From Tubiluchus corallicola (lineage: Eukaryota; Animalia; Priapulida): a DNA stretch of 64,000 bases. Position 1 is the stretch's first letter; every line of letters starts with the position of its first letter. The notes under the pieces were generated by a model. That model ran no database searches, was not told the origin of the DNA, and worked only from the letters and a program-made list of their open reading frames with translations. The position numbers and the translations under genes are program-made. The stretch covers positions 62,001 to 126,000 of the forward strand of contig JAQGDQ010000085.1 in the NCBI GenBank assembly GCA_030141605.1, in the 5' to 3' direction. This document shows positions 54,081 to 64,000 of this stretch, one piece after another.

Positions 54081-54996
54081 TAACACTCGGTGTGGGTAAA
54101 TGCGTCAAGGGAGGAGCTTGTTTCTCCGGCTACTGTGCAATACAGTACAGTAATTTCTCAGTAAAGGTATTCCCGCCATCACTATGGGCCCCAGCTTCTA
54201 GTAAAAACCCAAATAGATTGTTTAGCATCCATTACAATAGCCTGTTTTATAACAGCATCGCGACAACTCTAATACGTCTGCATATTATATTTTCCACTAA
54301 TTTACAAAGGTGCCTGCAATGAAGCTGAGTAGGGTTTATAATACTCAATCGATGATAGCTAACAATAAATTAACCTGTTGCAACAAATTAAAAGTGTTTC
54401 TGTAGAAAAATACACAAAGACATCTAGCTTATATTGTAACACAATGAACAAAGTGTTAATATAAATCCAAATAATGGACTATAAAATTCAGTCATGTCGT
54501 TCTACTGAATGACTTGTAGTTTTGGTGGCGAACACTTACTGAAAAACTTTAATTTGCTTTATAGATATCACGAGGATCTTAAAATACAATACATGCAATC
54601 TATTTGGAAAGACGTAAATTTAGGCTTATCGTGTTATCTCAATTTATAGTTTTGCATATCCATGGTTTGAGATAAGTTTGAAGTAGTAGAGGCCAACAGC
54701 TATCACTTGACATTGAAAAGTAGCTCGGTGTACAAGGCTTTAAGGCTAGCAGTTTAAGGCTATTAACGGTTTTAAGTGGAGTTGTTTGAACAAATAAAGT
54801 AGAGAAACTTACTGAAATGGTTAACTAACATTGTTCAAAAAGTTGCACATTTTGACAGTCGCAATGCTCTATCTATGAACCTTATGCTACACATGATTTC
54901 GGTCGCTAATAGAACTATGATAAAAGTTATTATTAATAACAATGGCTGTCTTTGAGGTCAGTAGCAGTAGGGGTGGCACCAGCATAATCTTTTTCA

Positions 54997-55100
54997 TAAT
55001 CATCGTCATCATCATCATCATCGTCGTCGTCATCCTTCCTCCTTTCTCTTTTCATCTTTTCTACTTTTTCTTCTTTTTCTTCTTCTTCGCCTTCTTCATC
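54997..55100. repeat. (CAT/CGT/CTT)n low-complexity repeat
   Basis: Visible directly; explains ORF 54942..55205. Confidence 0.85.
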
Positions 55101-55867
55101 ACTGTTCCACATTCGTCGTTTTTTCGTTCACAATACTTTTCTTGCTCTTCATTGCCGACTCGAGCCATCATGTATAAAATTTTCTCAGTCGTTTCATATG
55201 TGTAAGTGGAGTTATGATAAGTGATATGTTATGAGTTGGTTTAAGGAATTGGATTAGTATCATCAGTCATTCACGGTATGATGTTAAGATTGTAGATTCA
55301 TACATCGAAGCTAAGTCATAATTAACATTAGGTCATTATAGTTTTCAGCAAAAAATAATCTTCATAATATATCTGAAAAACTTACACAAAAATTATGGCT
55401 AAACAATAATTAGGAATTTTTATATACTCTAGCACAATAACAGCTTCATATCTAACTTAAGATCCATACACAGTTCCGTTATTGCCATTTTCTGACATAT
55501 TTTTTCTTTCTGTTTAGACTTAATTTAAAATGATACATTTATGAATAATTACAAACTAACATGTATTTCATTATTGGTATTACGTTAACCATCTCTTGCT
55601 GCTACTTTGTACTTTGTTTTGTGATATAAACCTACGTTTAAGTAATAGCAAGCGATATAAACAAGACACAGCAATTTACCCGGTCGTTTCGGCAGGTAGA
55701 TATTAAATAAACTGTGGTGTATGTTGTGCTTGTAACTTTGTTGGTTTCTGTATTTCGTGATTAGACATTCGTACTCACTTAACAAGAAGCTATTTTCCAC
55801 TATAAATGAACCTAAATTTAGAAATACACATGAAAAGTCAAAAGTAACACACTCACACTTTTATCAA

Positions 55868-55997
55868 TGCAGTCAAAGGTAAGACCCGGTATCGCAAGAT
55901 TCTGAGCTCGAACCTGGTTGAGTCAAAATTTTTCAGCGCTTTTCTCGTTCAACTAATTAAGCACTCGGCTTATTAGTTCTGGTTCATCACACTTCAA
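55868..55997 (+). mobile_element. Degenerate short tRNA-derived SINE
   Basis: ccggtatcgcaagattctgagctcgaacctggttgagtcaaaatttttcag...ttcatcacacttca. It has a decayed B-box (GCTCGAACC) and the layout of short marine-invertebrate tRNA-SINEs as I recall them. Confidence 0.42.
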
Positions 55998-58900
55998 AAT
56001 CTTAAGAAATTTCTGAAGCTTATTACAAGTTTTCCAAGTTTTATTCAGAACAAAAAGGGAATACGTGCCTGTTTTATCTTTTCTGTTTAATCTGATTTTA
56101 TAAATTAAACTAGTTAATTTTCTCACGTATGAAAAGTTTGTGGAATTTTAAAACTTTTGGTGACTCTAGAAAAACTAATGGTGCCTCGTACATTCCATAT
56201 CTGCTAAAGTAGATGATCAGTAAGGTTCAAATTCTTTATTAGTTTTTGTAATAGCTTTTATATTGTGACACCACGAAACTGCGAAATGACATCACATTTT
56301 AACGTTGGCTTTAATTTATTAATTATTTATTTTAAAACACTAATTTAAATCTAATTTCAATAAATCACCACTAAAACAACTTTGCCAAGTTCTTTTAACT
56401 GATACATTTTACTAAATCGTGACTTCATAGATATTGCAATATAAATATTTGAAAGTGTACCATTATTTTTGAATTACCCATAATAATGAAGCAAACTTAT
56501 TTCATTTTTCAGTAATTTAGAGTCTAAAACTTATTTTTCTCAAATTGTTTGGTAATTAATTAATTTGTTTATTATGATTTTTTGTTTTATTCCACATTTT
56601 GTTGATAATCAAACAAATTTATACTATGTATTTATTGAATTTTATACTGGATTTTAACAAGGTCCGCAATGTAAACCAGAAAGACAGGTTTGGTTCGGCT
56701 TACTTGAGCCAAATATGGGTTAATTAGTAAGACTGGGTTTGAAGTGGGATGTTTCTGACCCCCCACGAGGGGGAGTACAATACATGGATAATGAGCAAGT
56801 GGGAGTCTCGCTGTGTATCAAGTGCATCATGCATGTGAACCCGGCCAGTGTTGGATTGAGTGTAGGACGCTTTTCATTGCACTGGCTTGTAACGTGATGG
56901 TAATCATCGCGTAATTTTACACTAATAATTTCTGTTTACTTACCGTATAAAATTTGTTGAAATTAGTCTTAATATATTCTGATGTCGGTTATTTCTAGAC
57001 GGCTGTTTGGCTAACGTTTCAATTTTGTTTCAGCGATTAGCTGTATAGACGTTATTTTTGCTGCATTTTCTGTCTGTATTGCAGTAGTTGTAAACAACAA
57101 AATACAGTGTATGAGCATATTGATTTGCAATATCATCGTACATTAGTTAATATTATAAATATGGATGAATAAATTTGGAACTTTTCGGGCTTTTGGCTTT
57201 TACGTGGCAATTATCCATACGCCCACGATACGTACTTTTACTATAGGCGTAACGTAAACACGTGATAACGGCGCATTTTTCTTGTAGTTAAATTTAATAC
57301 CAAAGTAGTACCAATAATAATAATAAGTGTGCTTAGCTCCATAGATTTTAAACTATAAAGTACTGGTAACGTACAAGTTCATAGACAACATTCTAAACAG
57401 AACAGAGTAATTATATAACGTAGTAAATTGAAGCAGATCCGAAGTCTTTAATATATGTGTATATTAAACAATTTCTTACCATAGAATAAATATGTAAAAC
57501 AATTATTAACAACGCATTAACATACTAAGTAACATAGTCAGTAACGAAGCTACGTCGCAGTGTACAAAACACAAATACATTACACTTTACAAAAATAGGT
57601 TTCAAATTTAGGTTCTAGTTGCCTAATATAGAGAGTGATATGAAATAATCTCAAGGCGCAATTTTGCCGTTAGTGCTGATGCTGTCTGTTAAATGAGCGA
57701 CGGTAAATAAATTTTGTTTTTTCATTTCTTTGGCTTTTCGTCTTTATAATTAAGGTTAGCAGGAATTTTTTACATTGTGCTACATTTATGCACAAAGCGT
57801 GATATCATAAATGTATAGTATGCCAATTACTTTATCTTTGTTTATGTCTTTGGTCTTGTACGTATTTGACACAAGTAAAAAACACTATCAATCATTTTCA
57901 GGTTTTGTTTTAAAAACTGGTTAATTTAAATAAAATTGTGATATAAATAAACTGATCTGAGAGACGTGATTTTATTTTTAAACGAACTTTGTTTTTTCAA
58001 CTGAAAATACGCGAATTTGTTTTGAATAATATGGTCGCTAGAATAGATATCGCTGCCATAACTTTCGTCGCCATTTGTTTTTATTTGGAAATAATTGTAT
58101 GTTACATCAATTAATTTAATTTTTAATTAATTGTACTTTATTGTCATTTAAATATATGAATGTTCACTGTTGGTTTTCAGATAGTAGTTGTATTAAAATC
58201 ATTATGGACAGTATGTAAAGCATTTGGCATAATATGCGACTATAATTCGTATGACTATAAACATTAGCATCGTATAAGCAAACTAAAACGCGACAACGAA
58301 GCCAAGTGGTTAAATATTGAGTAAAAATTCGCAGATTGTTTGAATTGATTGATTTACTTATAGATGACTGCAGACTACTCCGATGCTTCGGACAGGATAT
58401 TAAACACAATGTATAAAGTAACAAGCCGTTAATCACTTCGCAACCATTTCACACAGGTTACACGTAGTCCAGCTTATAAACCATATGTTGTAATACATAG
58501 TAATAATATATATGGTGTATTACTTTTTAAGTATTGTGACCATCGGTGTATTTTTAAGCGCTTTTGCAGCAGTATTATTCTTTATTTTTTTATGTAATAT
58601 TGATAAAGTACTTTCTAGATATTTCTATTTTAATTCTTGTCTATAATAATATTCATTTTCACTTTTTTGCAACTTCACCTCGTGTTAATGTCGGAACAAA
58701 ACCAACTCAAAATTGAAACATACAGACATAAAAATTAGTTGTTAAATCGTCATTGCTAAAAAGCGTCACTGTTGAAACAGTAAAAATTATAAAAAATAGT
58801 TATTATTATAGTTGCGAGCCAGTTGTAAATGAATTTGTACTTGACAGAAATTTGTAAACTGTGAATCTGTGAAATTTGGACAAAACTCGAAATTTGCATT

Positions 58901-60822
58901 AGCATTAAGTTGTGCCTGCGTCTCATTGCGCCATGTTATTTGAACATTAGTGCTATTTACTGTGACACGGTACAAATTTTTTATAATAATAGAGGGGTAC
59001 TTTTACAAGGCAGATCTATAAATAAATTGGTAGCTGCTAAATATTAGCTATAATAACATTAACATTTATTTAGCGCTAGACATGCAAGTGTTTCAGTATA
59101 ATGTTTCCAGATGCCTTGATCAAAACCTGCATGTTTCTACCAAAAACTGATAAAAACCCTGACTAAAATTTCATTTCCCTTCAGAAACTCTGATAATATT
59201 AGAGGGGATTTTGGCCTAGATTTTCGTTAGAAACAATTTTGCTACGGCAAGTGGGAAATTGGTTGCAGTGTTACTATGATATCGTACAATTCTACTTTCG
59301 CATATCATATAACTTAATTTGAGAACAACAGCTAAGCGAAATGTGAAACTAGGAAGACTTTCATCGGCTTCTGTTTACACGTAATCTTATCTCCAACTTG
59401 CCAAGGAAGACTTATCTGATTTGTGCCACAAAGTCCCACGCGCAAGCTGATTAAATTTCTCAAGATCATAATTAAGGTTTGAATAATTCATGCACAGAAA
59501 ATACGTCATGTTTTTCATACAAAATAAAACAAACGGTTGGTAGATTTTATTCGATTAAATTGTTGTTGTTTTTCGTTTTTGATTACATTGTGCTAAATGC
59601 TAACAAGCTCTTACAGAGAAGGCGTGATTCTGTAATGCAGCACCGCCTTCCGTGCGCGGCGCCACCGTACAGTGTCGTTGACGTGCTGTACCACGATTCC
59701 ATAAGCATTAAGCACACTCAGTAGAGCTTCACCCAGCTCTGTCTAAATGAAGCCATTGCGTCATCTAGCGTACACTTTGATAATCGAACTGCGTAAAGCA
59801 ACGCATTCCTAAACTTAACTCCTATTTTTGCTGATTCACCGGTTTTACCTTAAAAATGTAGTTACTAAAAGAATGTTATCTGATTAATTAATGAAAAATC
59901 GAACAATGAAGAATAAGGAAAAATACGATGGTTCAGTTCACAAAACAACAATAAAACTCATTTCATTTCATATTATTTACTGTGATTCTGTACTGCTTTT
60001 TGAAAACATGTCTCTTTAAGCATGATAATATACTTTTCAGCCAATTAATCTATACGGGCAGTTAAAACTATCGCCCATTTCTTTTTTTTTAATTGTGGGA
60101 TATTTCATTAATTGTACCTATTTGTTATCAAAATAGCTCTTTAAAAAATAAAAAATTTCAGACTTAATGAGCATTTGGTCTTGTTTACGATTATGACCAT
60201 GGCAAGTCTCAGAAGAACAGTATCTTATGTTTAAAAATTATGACACTTAAGAATGAATGTATTAAGAATTAAGAAATAAGAAAATTAACTTCGTCTTATT
60301 ATCTAAAGGGTTAAAAATACTTCAAGCTACATGCGCTTGGACAACAGTTATGTCTACTGACTGTACACAAACTTGCCATTGCCAATTGTTTTATTTTTTA
60401 GTGTTGTTTGTTTCAAAAAGGTAACGAAAGAAATCACGTTTAAGTATAAAGAATGCATGGTAAATAATATACAAAACAAACTTCATATAAAAGCAGAAGG
60501 CAAAGAATGATAAAAAAAAAGATGACAGTGTTCGTACGTATGAAGAGCAAAAGAGTTAGCGAACAGCCACAAAAACATCGCAGGAGGAGATACTCAAGAC
60601 ATCGAGAAGAAATATTTTGGGGATTGAAAGAGCTTGAAAAAACGATCGAGCCGTCAGCTGTTGGTTTATTTGCACAAATAAACAAACAGACAAACAAACA
60701 AACTACACGCGACTGTGTGGTTTGTATAATCAAATAGATTTTTTTGTATGATCTACTAAATTTTACTCGTTTATTTTTTATGTAAATATGCAGTAAACTT
60801 AAGGAATTACTGCTTGTAGCAA

Positions 60823-61056
60823 CGATGATGATGATGACGATGATAATAATGATGAGATGATAATAATAATAGTCCAGGGATAACACCTTGGTGGTCCCGA
60901 TTATTATAACCCGGACGTTACTTTGATAAACCCTCGGTGCTTGGTCGAAGAACCAGCGGTACCATTTTTTAAGTCTTCTGTATCACTCGGCCGGGAGTTG
61001 AACCGCAACCTCCAGGATGGGAAGCGAGCATGCTACCGTTGAGCTACGCCACCAGC
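60823..61056 (-). mobile_element. tRNA-derived SINE (tRNA-Gly-like head, conserved-core-like body, (ATT/ATC)n tail)
   Basis: A-box TAGCTCAACGG (61046-61036), B-box GGTTCAACTCC (61004-60994), loop TTCCCAT, then CCGAGTGATACAGAAGACTTAAAAAATGGTACC. Tail of ATT/ATC units. atgatgatgatgacga occurs on both flanks. Confidence 0.82.
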
Positions 61057-62215
61057 TACTTATGATGATGATGATGACGAAGGTGATGCGCATGATGATG
61101 ATGATGGTAGTAATATGGAAACCTCCGAAGCATTACCTCCGAGCTGTTCTTGTTAATGTGTAAAATAATTGCATAATTAAACATGACAAAAGGTCATGTT
61201 CAAGGCAGGTATTTCAAAAACTTTGGGTATGAATAATAATTAAGCCGGAATTACATAATTAATAAAAGTCAAATGTTTAAATTAGATATAGTGCAGGTAC
61301 GTGTGGAGTCGTCACGCACACTAACGTGATAATTACTGCTATGTCATTTATTTATACTCTCAAGTGCCCAAGCAATTATATTCTCATTGTAAAGTGATAA
61401 AACAAATAACTCGTCTCCTAGCTGTGTACATTTCCACGCTGCCCTGTTGAAAAGAACAACAGTCCCTCTTGACAAATATTGTCTTTAATATGCACCGGTG
61501 AGAAAGGAAAATATTTACTTATCGTCCCAGTCTGTTCAGGTGACAATTTACCAGCCTCTCTCCAAGGGCGGACTGCCAGCACGCAATTCTTTATAATTAT
61601 TATTTTATATAGGCAGATTTGATCGTTTATATTGTTTGTTATAACAGGTTAAGCGTAAAAGGCAGCTTCTCGGTTCCAGTTCATTTGGCATCATTGTCTG
61701 CCTGGTGACATGTAACCTGTATAAAAGTAACCAATTAGCATTGCAGAATAAACTTTTGCTAGGTGGAAATCTCGTTCCAATAATAATCAATGATAAAAAT
61801 AACATGGCGCTGACTTTCATTAATGAAACGTTTCTACTTCTAAACGAGTTCATTATGAACTAAGTAGTTCACACAGTAAAGATCTGATAATTAACAGCAA
61901 ACATAAGAAATAATTTTCTATAATAGTTAATAGAATTATATGATTGATAGTAACTTTGCTATTTAAAAAGTTTTTTTACAGCTCATGATGGCTTCCGCAT
62001 GGGTGGTCGAAATATAATGATTAAAATTCTTAAATCATTTCTATAGGAATTCGTTGTATTTGTGTTAACTTAAGAGGTGTTAGTATGTCTGTCTGCTCTC
62101 ACCCAAATTGTAAGATGACTGAGAATTTTTATCTGCTATTTTCTCAGCAGCCAAAAAGGTTGGTTTTGGTTGCAGCAGTGCGAGAGAAACCTTATGTAAT
62201 GTATGAAACACAAAA

Positions 62216-62367
62216 GTTGTTGTTGTTGTTATTATTGTTGCGATTGTTGTCTTTGCTGTAGTAGTGGTGGAAGGGTTGCCGTTATGGTACTATTGTGCTG
62301 CAATGGTTGTTATGCACATCATCATCATCATCACCGTCGTCGTCAAAGTTGCTGTTGTCGACGACAA
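62216..62367. repeat. (TGT/CAT/CGT)n low-complexity repeat
   Basis: Explains the Cys/His-rich ORF 62203..62415. Confidence 0.85.
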
Positions 62368-62569
62368 TGTGGAAAGGACATATTACTGTCACACATCAGC
62401 AAGCTATTGATGTAGGACTTGTGATATCAGCCATAAATAAAAATAAAAATTAGTTTATAAGAGTTTAAAGGTATTGCTTAAAAGTAGAAGTTTCTTGTGT
62501 TTGATTAATGAGTTAAGAAACTCATATTTTTTAATGTAACAATATCACTACCATAAATGCACACAGAAA

Positions 62570-62800
62570 AAAAAGTTAAAGATTCCTTTGTTAGCCATGG
62601 GAAAGAACGTCAACAGGCCTGAAAAACATTCGATGAATGCAGCGTATATTTTTACTGTTACTGTAAATAGGATGTTCAGTGATTTGTTCACACGTTCCTA
62701 GTTCACGATCCTTAGTGTGAACCAGGTCAAATTTAAACTTCTTTAAGCAAGTCAAAATGAGCATGCATTGAATATTTTTTGTGAAAGCTTTTGTCGGTCC
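62570..62800 (-). mobile_element. Possible LINE ORF2 linker relic
   Basis: KFKFDL and, after a frameshift, PWLTKE, motifs typical of the region between endonuclease and RT in CR1/L2 elements. Confidence 0.3.
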
Positions 62801-63049
62801 GTTTTTTTTTTTATTTTTTTTATTAATGATTCCAAACTTCAGTTTACATTTACTGTGCCAAAAAATTTTTGACACTTCGTCAGTAAACAGTCATAGAATG
62901 AAGAAGAACAAGAACAAATAGATGAGCAAGAGAGGACGAAATACTGTATTATTACCATAGTGGAATATTACCAAATAAAAACTAGTTTACGCAAGTAGTA
63001 CGTGTTATTGTCTTAGACTGATTAGATTAGTTCTAATCCTCTGAACGTT

Positions 63050-63500
63050 TTCTTAGAAATCTCGTGCAATGGACTGTCCAGCCCACAGTGTGCGGTCACT
63101 CATTCAGTATGACCACCCAGCAGCCTTCGTGGGGAAGAATAATTTTCTCAGTTCAGTATAGACCTTTTCTGAGATGCTCGTATATGTGGGTCCCATAGAA
63201 TGTAGTCACGCAGAAATTAATATTTTCTTACCAATACACTACTGGAATAGCTACCGTGCCAAGGTATAGGTGACATCGTTTTATTCTTCCGGGGTGGTTG
63301 AAAGGGTTTTTCGGCTCCGTGCTGCTTACTATGGGTTGGCACATAAGATAAGTAAAATATTGACCCTTCTGTTCCAACAACATTTTCCGACGGCGATGAT
63401 TCACATGCCTTGCATTGCAGAGATTTACCCAAGCTGGGATAGTTTGCTTACTGATTTTAAGAAAACACTATGATTGCTAGAAAGAATAACTTCGCAAGAA
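63050..63500 (+). mobile_element. Decayed CR1/L2 LINE C-terminal relic
   Basis: YRPFLRCSYMWVP (RPxLEYxxxVWxP-like), VERVFRLRAA (LERVQRRAA-like) and WDSLLTDFKK (WNSLP...FK-like), in order. Confidence 0.5.
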
Positions 63501-64000
63501 GTTGTTCTGCAAAAACAGGAATGACTACGTGAGTGGCATAGGAGTGTGGTCAATAGAGAAGGAAACCAACTGCCTGATTCGCATTTTTCACAAATAGATA
63601 ATGAACCTTTACCAATTTATTCCCGCGACTAACTTCTTGATGAGTCGGAAGGCTTTTCTTCAAGAATTTTCAATTTCCACTCAATGAAGATTCAGTGCAC
63701 ATTATTTTGAAGAAAACTGAGAAAATGGTGTTATTATTTAACATGTAAACATAAACATAACAAAGACATAAACAATACAACGCAATTTTGATTGTTATTT
63801 TTTGCTTACTGTTTTACGTCAGCCCAAATGTTTTGTGTTGTTTCATCTCTTTTGAGTAACACAGCACAAAGAGTTTCATTCTTCTATATCTATTTACTTG
63901 AAAGCACCACAAACAGTTTCCTCAAGTTCTGCTTTATATTATCCCAGTTCATTTGTTGGAAGTAATACTTTTACTGTGTCATTTATGATTTTTCTACAGC

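Noticed and set aside
60300-60314. piggyBac-like terminus AAAGGGTTAA
   Set aside because: No matching TTAACCC partner end nearby.
60985-61056. Functional tRNA-Gly gene
   Set aside because: Anticodon and acceptor stems do not pair, and the sequence continues into a SINE body and tail.
63220-63320. hAT dimerisation motif (SSGVVERVF)
   Set aside because: Spacing to the upstream W is wrong, and the flanking motifs fit a CR1/L2 C-terminus better.

Overview
AT-rich eukaryotic (animal) genomic DNA, most likely a non-vertebrate bilaterian; the taxon cannot be fixed from sequence alone. Only one convincing protein-coding gene is present in 64 kb: a SoxB1 (Sox1/2/3 / SoxNeuro-type) HMG-box transcription factor with an uninterrupted CDS on the minus strand (53901-52840). 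The rest looks like a developmental-gene regulatory desert. It holds many short GC-elevated islands dense in homeodomain/POU/Sox/E-box motifs, plus microsatellites, a 50-bp minisatellite, several local duplications, small non-autonomous DNA transposons with readable TIRs/TSDs (hAT-type, Kolobok-type, and a GG-ended MITE with a telomere-like core), tRNA-derived SINEs, and decayed CR1/L2 LINE and Tc1/mariner relics. Most other ORFs in the supplied track are low-complexity artefacts or TE debris. The most interesting signals are around SoxB1: a proximal promoter that resembles the mammalian SOX2 core promoter as I recall it (needs checking), and a 3' UTR with two extended miR-8/miR-200-family sites plus a miR-34 8mer. 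All alignments were done by eye; no searches were run.
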